DNA of 64,000 bases from Eledone cirrhosa. Taxonomy: Eukaryota. Positions 29,666 to 43,040 of this stretch are shown piece by piece. The notes beneath the pieces are model-generated. The model worked only from the letters and a program-made list of their open reading frames with translations, searched no databases and was not told the origin of the DNA. The stretch covers positions 39,370,001-39,434,000 of the forward strand of contig OZ024746.1 of NCBI GenBank assembly GCA_964016885.1. Reading direction: 5' to 3'. The position numbers and the translations under genes are program-made. Each line of letters starts with the position of its first letter. Position 1 is the first letter of the stretch.

Positions 29666-29947
29666 AACATGGCAAAGAATTTTTGTGGACAGATTTTACG
29701 GGCAAAACCAACCGGCAGGAGACCCAGGGGTAGACCCCGAGAAAGATGGTTGGATAACATCCATGAGCTTGTCTGGTCTCGTTTGGGAATCCAGCCAGAT
29801 CAGTTGGAGACGGTTGCTTCTGACAGGACCCGCTGGAAGGAGTGTTTGAGGACTCTGCTTCCACGACCTTCTCAAGAAGAAGAAGAAGAAGAAGAAGAAG
29901 AAGAAGAAGAAGAAGAAGAAGAAGAAGAAGAAGAAGAAGAAGAAGAT
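29666..29947 (+). mobile_element. RTE-clade LINE 3' end with (GAA)n tail; older copies at ~1-180 (-) and ~24300-24480 (+)
   Basis: GRRPRGRPRERWLDNI...ASDRTRW is the characteristic RTE C-terminus, followed by a trinucleotide tail. Confidence 0.8.
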
Positions 29948-30199
29948 ATGAAGTATGTCAGTTTGTGCTCTACTGTTCTTTACTATTCGTTTTTCATACA
30001 GCAGGCGTCCCTTAATAATTATTTTAAGTTACTACAACCCTCTGTCTTCATTTTCCATTTTACTATCATTTTAAGATCTGGTTGTAGCAGTTAAATTAAG
30101 TTTTACTTATGAATGAACTATATAGTGTTGCTACTGTAAGGCTAAACATCCGACTTACTCTCTTATTGTATTCTATATTTAAATCATTTTAATTGATTT

Positions 30200-30720
30200 A
30201 AATTCTGGGGTTGTCTCCTGTACCATTTCCCCCGGAATTACTTATTAAGATATTGAATATTTTCCTTACCACTTTGGGTGTAATTTCGTTGAAATTTCTT
30301 GCTTCATTATACCAAGTATGTAAGTGCCCACTTTACCTGTATATGCGCAATGAATATTTTCATTCTCTCACTGAAACACTCTGTTTTGCACTGGAGCAAG
30401 CATATGACAAAAGTGCAGTTATTTATGTTAGAGTATAGAGATTTTGTCTACCTTATGTCAAACCTGTCAACTCAACCAGTCAGACGAGGAGATTTCCCAC
30501 ACACTTTAGGGTGGGTGAGAGATGTCTTCTCTTGTGAAAATGGGTATAGCTTTCATTATGTAAAATCTCCCTATTTTGCCTCATTTCTCCCCGTTTGGGG
30601 GCACTTTTTTTCATGGTACTCTTCGTTTGGGTTTTTAGAGGTTGACAGGTCTGTTATGTATAATGTTTTGGCCTCTGTGTTATATGTTTTGTACAAAAAC
30701 TTAAGGGTGTATAGAATCGA
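30200..30720 (-). pseudogene. Degenerate RT remnant, probably PLE (partial second copy at ~44140-44350)
   Basis: The minus strand contains KSLYSNI (RT motif A-like) and a GKWYR-like segment. ~150 bp is shared with 44140-44350. Confidence 0.4.
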
Positions 30721-30738
30721 ATAAACAGTTAAACATTG

Positions 30739-30887
<149 letters not shown>

Positions 30888-31127
30888 CGTACGCGTGTGT
30901 GTGTGTGAGAACCAAAATATATTTAGTATATCACCTATTTCAAATATTTCTATTTATTATGATAATATATATATTTTTTTTTATTGAAGTGGTGTACATG
31001 TTTTAATCTTCCATCTTTCCCAAGTAGAAATAATAAGTACCAGTCCTGCTGACGATATAATCTATTATATCTTTGTAGACGGTGTAGCCTAAATTTTCAC
31101 AGTCCAATTACTGCATCAGTATGTATG

Positions 31128-31262
<135 letters not shown>

Positions 31263-32075
31263 ATTGAAAGGCGCGCAGGACAAAGACAATGGGATAAATA
31301 ATGGAAGAACGGACAGTCCCATTTTCACAATCAATCTCTGTAAATCACTACGGTTTCGGTTCATTAAGCTTCATACCCTTAATTCAAGTGCACATTGGCA
31401 CGTAACAAAACTATATTAAAAAAGCACAGTAACATATCCTTATGCGTTAGCATGGGATCGAAAAATTCAGCTGAAATAGGCGACCTTCTCGTAGTTGAGA
31501 AATTTCCATTCATAGAAGGCTCGTATTAAAATGACGGGTTGATATTATTAAAGAAATATGAACATAATCTACAAGCAGTTTCTGGAAAGACTTTAATAGT
31601 TTTTCAAACAGCTACCATTTAATATCACAATTGATTAGCGAATAAGAAGATGAACTTTCCGTACATGACGCTAGAATTATTCAATAACACATATAATACA
31701 GAAAAAAATCGAAGGTTTTCGACACGAAAATGTAATTTAACGCCTCTAAAATATTAACCAAATTCTGATTAAAATATTCATCATAGAATTTCATTATTAT
31801 CTGGCAAAGTTAACCTCAAATCCCAAAGGTTGACTTTGCTTTTCATCCTTACAGGGTCGATAAAATAAAGTACCAGTAATGTACTGGTTATTGCTGGCCT
31901 TGTGCCAAAAGTAGAAACAATTATTATCTTTAAAAAAAAACGTTGTTAATTAACTAGCTTCCTATTATAATGTAGTAAGTACACTTGGAATATGATTAGA
32001 GAAAATGTTATATATATATATATATACACACACACATATATATATATAATGGTTTGTGTTGAACTGACTAAGTTA

Positions 32076-32134
<59 letters not shown>

Positions 32135-32135
<1 letters not shown>

Positions 32136-35100
32136 AATTGGAATAAATGCTCTGAAATAGCGATATATAAGTGAATATAGACATAGAATATTCGAAAATA
32201 TTCTGTATGTTTATAATAAACATTTTGAAGACCTAATCGCTATAGAATAGAATACGTCACGTATTACAATTAGATTCTCGATAAAAGCAAGGGAAGTAAT
32301 CTACGCGTTTCATTCTTGTTAGAATTCATCAGGACTACATATCCAGTGCTTTTATCGAGAATGACACAGCTAGAGACTTATAGAATACTTAGCTGTGTAC
32401 AGGAACTGGTTTGAAAGAGCGGTTGCCGGTCCGGCAGAAATTAGAAATTGGAATAAATGCTCTGAAATAGCGATATATAAGTGAATATAGACATAGAATA
32501 TTCGAAAATATTCTGTATGTTTATAATAAACATTTTGAAGACCTAATCGCTATAGAATAGAATACGTCACGTATTACAATTAGATTCTCGATAAAAGCAA
32601 GGGAAGTAATCTACGCGTTTCATTCTTGTTAGAATTCATCAGGACTACATATCCAGTGCTTTTATCGAGAATGACACAGCTAGAGACTTATAGAATACTT
32701 AGCTGTGTACAGGAACTGGTTTGAAAGAGCGGTTGCCGGTCCGGCAGAAATTAGAAATTGGAATAAATGCTCTGAAATAGCGATATATAAGTGAATATAG
32801 ACATAGAATATTCGAAAATATTCTGTATGTTTATAATAAACATTTTGAAGACCTAATCGCTATAGAATAGAATACGTCACGTATTACAATTAGATTCTCG
32901 ATAAAAGCAAGGGAAGTAATCTACGCGTTTCATTCTTGTTAGAATTCATCAGGACTACATATCCAGTGCTTTTATCGAGAATGACACAGCTAGAGACTTA
33001 TAGAATACTTAGCTGTGTACAGGAACTGGTTTGAAAGAGCGGTTGCCGGTCCGGCAGAAATTAGAAATTGGAATAAATGCTCTGAAATAGCGATATATAA
33101 GTGAATATAGACATAGAATATTCGAAAATATTCTGTATGTTTATAATAAACATTTTGAAGACCTAATCGCTATAGAATAGAATACGTCACGTATTACAAT
33201 TAGATTCTCGATAAAAGCAAGGGAAGTAATCTACGCGTTTCATTCTTGTTAGAATTCATCAGGACTACATATCCAGTGCTTTTATCGAGAATGACACAGC
33301 TAGAGACTTATAGAATACTTAGCTGTGTACAGGAACTGGTTTGAAAGAGCGGTTGCCGGTCCGGCAGAAATTAGAAATTGGAATAAATGCTCTGAAATAG
33401 CGATATATAAGTGAATATAGACATAGAATATTCGAAAATATTCTGTATGTTTATAATAAACATTTTGAAGACCTAATCGCTATAGAATAGAATACGTCAC
33501 GTATTACAATTAGATTCTCGATAAAAGCAAGGGAAGTAATCTACGCGTTTCATTCTTGTTAGAATTCATCAGGACTACATATCCAGTGCTTTTATCGAGA
33601 ATGACACAGCTAGAGACTTATAGAATACTTAGCTGTGTACAGGAACTGGTTTGAAAGAGCGGTTGCCGGTCCGGCAGAAATTAGAAATTGGAATAAATGC
33701 TCTGAAATAGCGATATATAAGTGAATATAGACATAGAATATTCGAAAATATTCTGTATGTTTATAATAAACATTTTGAAGACCTAATCGCTATAGAATAG
33801 AATACGTCACGTATTACAATTAGATTCTCGATAAAAGCAAGGGAAGTAATCTACGCGTTTCATTCTTGTTAGAATTCATCAGGACTACATATCCAGTGCT
33901 TTTATCGAGAATGACACAGCTAGAGACTTATAGAATACTTAGCTGTGTACAGGAACTGGTTTGAAAGAGCGGTTGCCGGTCCGGCAGAAATTAGAAATTG
34001 GAATAAATGCTCTGAAATAGCGATATATAAGTGAATATAGACATAGAATATTCGAAAATATTCTGTATGTTTATAATAAACATTTTGAAGACCTAATCGC
34101 TATAGAATAGAATACGTCACGTATTACAATTAGATTCTCGATAAAAGCAAGGGAAGTAATCTACGCGTTTCATTCTTGTTAGAATTCATCAGGACTACAT
34201 ATCCAGTGCTTTTATCGAGAATGACACAGCTAGAGACTTATAGAATACTTAGCTGTGTACAGGAACTGGTTTGAAAGAGCGGTTGCCGGTCCGGCAGAAA
34301 TTAGAAATTGGAATAAATGCTCTGAAATAGCGATATATAAGTGAATATAGACATAGAATATTCGAAAATATTCTGTATGTTTATAATAAACATTTTGAAG
34401 ACCTAATCGCTATAGAATAGAATACGTCACGTATTACAATTAGATTCTCGATAAAAGCAAGGGAAGTAATCTACGCGTTTCATTCTTGTTAGAATTCATC
34501 AGGACTACATATCCAGTGCTTTTATCGAGAATGACACAGCTAGAGACTTATAGAATACTTAGCTGTGTACAGGAACTGGTTTGAAAGAGCGGTTGCCGGT
34601 CCGGCAGAAATTAGAAATTGGAATAAATGCTCTGAAATAGCGATATATAAGTGAATATAGACATAGAATATTCGAAAATATTCTGTATGTTTATAATAAA
34701 CATTTTGAAGACCTAATCGCTATAGAATAGAATACGTCACGTATTACAATTAGATTCTCGATAAAAGCAAGGGAAGTAATCTACGCGTTTCATTCTTGTT
34801 AGAATTCATCAGGACTACATATCCGATTAGGTCTTCAAAATGTTTATTATAAACATACAGAATATTTTCGAATATTCTATGTCTATATTCACTTATATAT
34901 CGCTATTTCAGAGCATTTATTCCAATTTCTAATTTCTGCCGGACCGGCAACCGCTCTTTCAAACCAGTTCCTGTACACAGCTAAGTATTCTATAAGTCTC
35001 TAGCTGTGTCATTCTCGATAAAAGCACTGGATATGTAGTCCTGATGAATTCTAACAAGAATGAAACGCGTAGATTACTTCCCTTGCTTTTATCGAGAATC

Positions 35101-38100
35101 TAATTGTAATACGTGACGTATTCTATTCTATAGCGATTAGGTCTTCAAAATGTTTATTATAAACATACAGAATATTTTCGAATATTCTATGTCTATATTC
35201 ACTTATATATCGCTATTTCAGAGCATTTATTCCAATTTCTAATTTCTGCCGGACCGGCAACCGCTCTTTCAAACCAGTTCCTGTACACAGCTAAGTATTC
35301 TATAAGTCTCTAGCTGTGTCATTCTCGATAAAAGCACTGGATATGTAGTCCTGATGAATTCTAACAAGAATGAAACGCGTAGATTACTTCCCTTGCTTTT
35401 ATCGAGAATCTAATTGTAATACGTGACGTATTCTATTCTATAGCGATTAGGTCTTCAAAATGTTTATTATAAACATACAGAATATTTTCGAATATTCTAT
35501 GTCTATATTCACTTATATATCGCTATTTCAGAGCATTTATTCCAATTTCTAATTTCTGCCGGACCGGCAACCGCTCTTTCAAACCAGTTCCTGTACACAG
35601 CTAAGTATTCTATAAGTCTCTAGCTGTGTCATTCTCGATAAAAGCACTGGATATGTAGTCCTGATGAATTCTAACAAGAATGAAACGCGTAGATTACTTC
35701 CCTTGCTTTTATCGAGAATCTAATTGTAATACGTGACGTATTCTATTCTATAGCGATTAGGTCTTCAAAATGTTTATTATAAACATACAGAATATTTTCG
35801 AATATTCTATGTCTATATTCACTTATATATCGCTATTTCAGAGCATTTATTCCAATTTCTAATTTCTGCCGGACCGGCAACCGCTCTTTCAAACCAGTTC
35901 CTGTACACAGCTAAGTATTCTATAAGTCTCTAGCTGTGTCATTCTCGATAAAAGCACTGGATATGTAGTCCTGATGAATTCTAACAAGAATGAAACGCGT
36001 AGATTACTTCCCTTGCTTTTATCGAGAATCTAATTGTAATACGTGACGTATTCTATTCTATAGCGATTAGGTCTTCAAAATGTTTATTATAAACATACAG
36101 AATATTTTCGAATATTCTATGTCTATATTCACTTATATATCGCTATTTCAGAGCATTTATTCCAATTTCTAATTTCTGCCGGACCGGCAACCGCTCTTTC
36201 AAACCAGTTCCTGTACACAGCTAAGTATTCTATAAGTCTCTAGCTGTGTCATTCTCGATAAAAGCACTGGATATGTAGTCCTGATGAATTCTAACAAGAA
36301 TGAAACGCGTAGATTACTTCCCTTGCTTTTATCGAGAATCTAATTGTAATACGTGACGTATTCTATTCTATAGCGATTAGGTCTTCAAAATGTTTATTAT
36401 AAACATACAGAATATTTTCGAATATTCTATGTCTATATTCACTTATATATCGCTATTTCAGAGCATTTATTCCAATTTCTAATTTCTGCCGGACCGGCAA
36501 CCGCTCTTTCAAACCAGTTCCTGTACACAGCTAAGTATTCTATAAGTCTCTAGCTGTGTCATTCTCGATAAAAGCACTGGATATGTAGTCCTGATGAATT
36601 CTAACAAGAATGAAACGCGTAGATTACTTCCCTTGCTTTTATCGAGAATCTAATTGTAATACGTGACGTATTCTATTCTATAGCGATTAGGTCTTCAAAA
36701 TGTTTATTATAAACATACAGAATATTTTCGAATATTCTATGTCTATATTCACTTGTATATCGCTATTTCAGAGCATTTATTCCAATTTCTAATTTCTGCC
36801 GGACCGGCAACCGCTCTTTCAAACCAGTTCCTGTACACAGCTAAGTATTCTATAAGTCTCTAGCTGTGTCATTCTCGATAAAAGCACTGGATATGTAGTC
36901 CTGATGAATTCTAACAAGAATGAAACGCGTAGATTACTTCCCTTGCTTTTATCGAGAATCTAATTGTAATACGTGACGTATTCTATTCTATAGCGATTAG
37001 GTCTTCAAAATGTTTATTATAAACATACAGAATATTTTCGAATATTCTATGTCTATATTCACTTATATATCGCTATTTCAGAGCATTTATTCCAATTTCT
37101 AATTTCTGCCGGACCGGCAACCGCTCTTTCAAACCAGTTCCTGTACACAGCTAAGTATTCTATAAGTCTCTAGCTGTGTCATTCTCGATAAAAGCACTGG
37201 ATATGTAGTCCTGATGAATTCTAACAAGAATGAAACGCGTAGATTACTTCCCTTGCTTTTATCGAGAATCTAATTGTAATACGTGACGTATTCTATTCTA
37301 TAGCGATTAGGTCTTCAAAATGTTTATTATAAACATACAGAATATTTTCGAATATTCTATGTCTATATTCACTTATATATCGCTATTTCAGAGCATTTAT
37401 TCCAATTTCTAATTTCTGCCGGACCGGCAACCGCTCTTTCAAACCAGTTCCTGTACACAGCTAAGTATTCTATAAGTCTCTAGCTGTGTCATTCTCGATA
37501 AAAGCACTGGATATGTAGTCCTGATGAATTCTAACAAGAATGAAACGCGTAGATTACTTCCCTTGCTTTTATCGAGAATCTAATTGTAATACGTGACGTA
37601 TTCTATTCTATAGCGATTAGGTCTTCAAAATGTTTATTATAAACATACAGAATATTTTCGAATATTCTATGTCTATATTCACTTATATATCGCTATTTCA
37701 GAGCATTTATTCCAATTTCTAATTTCTGCCGGACCGGCAACCGCTCTTTCAAACCAGTTCCTGTACACAGCTAAGTATTCTATAAGTCTCTAGCTGTGTC
37801 ATTCTCGATAAAAGCACTGGATATGTAGTCCTGATGAATTCTAACAAGAATGAAACGCGTAGATTACTTCCCTTGCTTTTATCGAGAATCTAATTGTAAT
37901 ACGTGACGTATTCTATTCTATAGCGATTAGGTCTTCAAAATGTTTATTATAAACATACAGAATATTTTCGAATATTCTATGTCTATATTCACTTATATAT
38001 CGCTATTTCAGAGCATTTATTCCAATTTCTAATTTCTGCCGGACCGGCAACCGCTCTTTCAAACCAGTTCCTGTACACAGCTAAGTATTCTATAAGTCTC

Positions 38101-39219
38101 TAGCTGTGTCATTCTCGATAAAAGCACTGGATATGTAGTCCTGATGAATTCTAACAAGAATGAAACGCGTAGATTACTTCCCTTGCTTTTATCGAGAATC
38201 TAATTGTAATACGTGACGTATTCTATTCTATAGCGATTAGGTCTTCAAAATGTTTATTATAAACATACAGAATATTTTCGAATATTCTATGTCTATATTC
38301 ACTTATATATCGCTATTTCAGAGCATTTATTCCAATTTCTAATTTCTGCCGGACCGGCAACCGCTCTTTCAAACCAGTTCCTGTACACAGCTAAGTATTC
38401 TATAAGTCTCTAGCTGTGTCATTCTCGATAAAAGCACTGGATATGTAGTCCTGATGAATTCTAACAAGAATGAAACGCGTAGATTACTTCCCTTGCTTTT
38501 ATCGAGAATCTAATTGTAATACGTGACGTATTCTATTCTATAGCGATTAGGTCTTCAAAATGTTTATTATAAACATACAGAATATTTTCGAATATTCTAT
38601 GTCTATATTCACTTATATATCGCTATTTCAGAGCATTTATTCCAATTTCTAATTTCTGCCGGACCGGCAACCGCTCTTTCAAACCAGTTCCTGTACACAG
38701 CTAAGTATTCTATAAGTCTCTAGCTGTGTCATTCTCGATAAAAGCACTGGATATGTAGTCCTGATGAATTCTAACAAGAATGAAACGCGTAGATTACTTC
38801 CCTTGCTTTTATCGAGAATCTAATTGTAATACGTGACGTATTCTATTCTATAGCGATTAGGTCTTCAAAATGTTTATTATAAACATACAGAATATTTTCG
38901 AATATTCTATGTCTATATTCATATATATATCGCTATTTCAGAGCATTTATTCCAATTTCTAATTTCTGCCGGACCGGCAACCGCTCTTTCAAACCAGTTC
39001 CTGTACACAGCTAAGTATTCTATAAGTCTCTAGCTGTGTCATTCTCGATAAAAGCACTGGATATGTAGTCCTGATGAATTCTAACAAGAATGAAACGCGT
39101 AGATTACTTCCCTTGCTTTTATCGAGAATCTAATTGTAATACGTGACGTATTCTATTCTATAGCGATTAGGTCTTCAAAATGTTTATTATAAACATACAG
39201 AATATTTTCGAATATTCTA

Positions 39220-39228
<9 letters not shown>
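32135..39228. mobile_element. Tandem array of 310-bp hammerhead-ribozyme units (non-LTR retrozyme-like) in two inverted arms
   Basis: Period is exactly 310 bp (cgatatataa at 32161, 32471, 32781). Left arm 32135-34824 has ~8.7 units with the ribozyme on the minus strand. Right arm 34825-39228 has ~14.2 units with the ribozyme on the plus strand. (TA)n flanks both ends. No internal ORF appears in the track. Confidence 0.93.
35011..35099 (+). ncRNA. Type I hammerhead ribozyme (representative of 14 plus-strand and 9 minus-strand copies in the array)
   Basis: Stem I GUAGUC/GAUUAC, core CUGAUGA (35041-47), stem II AUUCU-AACA-AGAAU, GAAA (35062-65), palindromic minimal stem III ACGCGU, predicted cleavage after GUA (35071). 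A distal 16-bp helix AUUCUCGAUAAAAGCA/UGCUUUUAUCGAGAAU lies beyond an internal loop. Confidence 0.93.
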
Positions 39229-39280
<52 letters not shown>

Positions 39281-39284
<4 letters not shown>

Positions 39285-39750
39285 AGAAAATGCGAAGTAG
39301 TTGCAGATGTCCTTTATTGATAAGGCTGTGATACATATTTCAACGACGACAGTCGCCACACGATTCCGCCTAACCACTGCCATGATCTCATTAGACAGTT
39401 TCTTACCAAATAAGGTTACGTTCCCGAGGCAATCCAAATTAAAACGACAAGGGAACGGGAAAAGGCTTAAAAGACCCCATCTTTGTCCGTTCCCTTGTCG
39501 TTTTAATTTGGATTGCCTCGAGAACGTAAGAATGTAAGAAGCTGTCTGATGAGAGCATGGCATTGGTTAGATAGAATCGCATGGCCAATGTCATCATTGA
39601 AATATGTATCATAGCCTTATCAATAAAGGACTTTAACATTTGCAACTACTTCGCATTTTCTTATTCTAAATATAGTCCGTCATTTCGCTGTGTGCTTGAA
39701 TTGAATTGTATCAATGTAAGAGTTCAGCCATCGGGCCCCAACGCTTTCTA
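39281..39750. mobile_element. Fold-back Penelope-type pLTR insertion at a (TA)n, with hammerhead
   Basis: Imperfect inverted repeat 39281-39665 with ~180-bp arms; unique sequence continues to ~39750. Both arms contain a hammerhead; the left one has CUAAUGA instead of CUGAUGA. Confidence 0.75.
39541..39615 (+). ncRNA. Minimal type I hammerhead with long stem II
   Basis: GCUGU-CUGAUGA-[GA..AUGGCAUUGGUU/GGCCAAUGUCAU..UU]-GAAA-UAUGUA-UC-AUAGC. Confidence 0.7.
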
Positions 39751-40021
39751 ATGTGTGTGTGTGTGTGTATATATATATATACATACATACATACATAATG
39801 GCACCTTAATAATAGTTGACAAGCGGCAAATCTCCCTGTTTTCAGTGTTCTTCGTTTGTCCTATGTTTTAACTTTGAACTTAAGATACCAAAGAAGAGTG
39901 AATAATCATTAGAAGAGAGAGGAAAAGAGAAAAAGAGAGATATATAGATAGATAGATAGAGATAGATAGAGAGATAGAGAGGGGGGAGAGTGAAAAGAGA
40001 CATAGATAGAAAGAGGGAGAG

Positions 40022-40124
<103 letters not shown>

Positions 40125-40469
40125 CAAATTGGAAGAAAGATTTTGATAGCTATGGCATAACCTTATGAAACCAATTAATAATTCCACGATATCATAAAAT
40201 CAAAAAGACTCCGGAAAATGCATAACCAAGCATTTTATAAAATTACTTGGCGATATTATAACTCGGAGAGAATTATAGTCAATGAAATCAGTTCTTGTAC
40301 GTGTTTAACGTTTATTTTATTAACCACAGAAAGACGAAGGTAAAGTGAATCTATAATTTGTGACAGTGATCAGCGATTGGTCAACTGAAGCCTCACTGTT
40401 GTACAAATGTCCAATGGCATTATTGTTCACACACACATACAAGCGCGCACGTATGCACGTACACACACA

Positions 40470-40509
<40 letters not shown>

Positions 40510-40892
40510 TATACATATATACACGCGCACACACACACACACACACACACGCGCGCATACCCACACACATACACACGCTCACACATATACACAGGGTGTC
40601 CTAAAAAAATGTATACATACTTTTATTAGAATGCTCTTGAAGTGTGTATACATTTTGCGGGACACTTTGCGTGTGTATATATATATAGATTAAAATTACA
40701 ATTAAAATTAAAATTAAAATTAAAATTAAAATTTAAATTTAAAAAAAATTAGAATTATATATGTATATATTTTATGAAACTTTAAGAAGTGAAATTATAG
40801 CAAATGTTATAGATATGATTTAGAGATATCAATATATTAAAACCAAGTGGATAAGATTGTTATGGAAATAAGTAGAAATATTATAAGTGTAA

Positions 40893-42140
40893 TTATAATT
40901 TATATATAGTTCTAAATGTTGAATTCAGGCGATGTCTACAAGAATTAAATAAATTCGTTCTTAGATTAATAGAGTTCTTACATTTAAGTATGAAAAAAAT
41001 TTCCTCAACACACAATTTGCAGAATCTATAAAGCTGTGTTTCGGTACGCGGGTGCATTGAAATTATTTCCCAAGTTAATGAATAGTCCATATTCTTGCAT
41101 TTTAAGTTCCATATCAAGTTTGAAAGAGAAGTTGAAGATTTTTTATCAAATCTTTTGAAAGAGCATTTGTGATTATCCAGCGACTTTTAAATTCTGTAGA
41201 AGTTGCACCTACATAGTTAAATATATTATCACTGGTTTTGACTGTACATTTATAGACCACGTCCTAAACACTTATTTTGTAAAGGACAGTTTAATTTACT
41301 TCTACAGTTACATTTTGCGGAGTTGTTGTTATTCAGAACGGTACTATTATGTTGGATATTGCTAGAGATATTACTGCTATTTGGGTTATTTTGGTTAGGG
41401 TTTAAATTTCTATTATTGATTCTATTTATATTTTGTGCTATGTTCATAGTAGTAGAGTAGGATAGTTTTATAGTATGTCTGTTAAAGATTGAGTAGTATC
41501 TGTGGGCTTTAGGGAAACATTTGTCTAGTGCTTTAAAGAATAGCTTTGCTAAAGGTGTTTTAACGAGAATGGGGGTGAGTACCAAATAATATTTCTAGTT
41601 CTATTTCTTCTGTTAGTTTTAGAGTTTAAGTTAGATTTTTTAAATTATAATTATAATTAATAGTAGGGTTATTTGCCTTATTACTGTTGTCGATGTATTT
41701 AATCTTATTTATATAGCCTGCTCTATTTAAAGCTTCATTATATTATTCTGCCTTATCGTCAAAAATGTTTTTATTAGCGGAGATGCGTGAAATACGTTGT
41801 TGGATAGAATTGACAATAGTGTTCTTGATAGATCTAGGATGATTAGAGTTAAAACTTACATAGTTTAGATTCTCATTAATTTTATGGAATGGATAGTAGA
41901 GTCCTGTGTTAAGGTTTAATGTTACGTCTAAAAAGTTAACAATTTTATAGTTATTCTCTATTTCTAACTTAAGGTTGTAGCTATTGAAGAATTGTATTAT
42001 GGATTTTCTTTTCCTATTAATTTCACAATTACTATGATTTTCAATTAAAAGCAGCATATCATCACGATATAAACCACCGATCATCTCTGGTATTTTTCTA
42101 TGCAGTGTATTATTAATAAATAGCCCCACAAGATCCGTTA
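40893..42140 (-). pseudogene. Penelope-like element RT + GIY-YIG endonuclease, 5'-truncated and disrupted
   Basis: ORF pieces contain ITDLVG...GGLYRDD, NFLDVTL, SNHP, CNCR..CPL..KCL, a YVG motif and C..C..E...CRH. These are typical PLE RT, linker and EN motifs, broken by stops and frameshifts. Confidence 0.9.
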
Positions 42141-42525
42141 TTTATTTATTTATTTATTTATTTATCTACTTATAACAGAAAATATTATATTAGAAACGAA
42201 TTTTAAACAACTAATAATCGTAAATACACGTACTATTAAGATATATACTTAGAATATAATTCCTCAAAATTAACGTTATATTCATCCTCTCTTGTCTATT
42301 TCTTCTCTCTATCTCTCTTGTAATATTTTTTTTTATCTTTATCCCCTTATATCTTTCCTCTCTCTCTTTCTCCAGTGTCATTTAAATAAACTGTTGTTTT
42401 TCAATTATTTACATATTCATTTGCATATTCACACATAATTTTGAATAATCCCTAATATATTTCCACTATCCAGTGAATTTCCAACCGATAAGGGTATGTC
42501 TCTATTTATAAAACAAACTTTGTAT

Positions 42526-42583
42526 TTTATCTGATGAAAGCGTACCAATGTTGTCTTGGTACCCTTGAAATATATATAATAAA
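42526..42583 (+). ncRNA. Minimal type I hammerhead in a pLTR (pLTR ~42520-42723, ending at (TA)n)
   Basis: UUUAU-CUGAUGA-AAGcGUACCA-loop-UGGUACcCUU-GAAA-UAUAUA-UA-AUAAA. Same family as the copy at 59601-59659. Confidence 0.8.
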
Positions 42584-42720
42584 TTAAATATGGTTTTATA
42601 AATATAGTTTCCATTTATTTAATATCATTGAATATTTACTCCATTAAATTGTTGAGTGCTCTAAATCAGTTATAAACATTTATGTTTGTCGGACTTCCAA
42701 CAAATTAAATACCACTTCTA

Positions 42721-42923
<203 letters not shown>

Positions 42924-43002
42924 CTAATATATATATTAGCAATTGGAAAGACCAACGGAAACATTGTTCCCTCGGTCCGATTTGACGAAAAGTCGATCGT
43001 TC

Positions 43003-43040
<38 letters not shown>

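Noticed and set aside
36755-36755. Single A>G on the ribozyme-sense strand as a retro-copied A-to-I edit
   Set aside because: One site in one unit cannot be told apart from mutation, RT error or sequencing error.
32135-39228. CRISPR array or rDNA/tRNA/snRNA tandem cluster
   Set aside because: Units are fully identical with no unique spacers, and I see no 5S, tRNA or snRNA signature. The hammerhead explains the unit.
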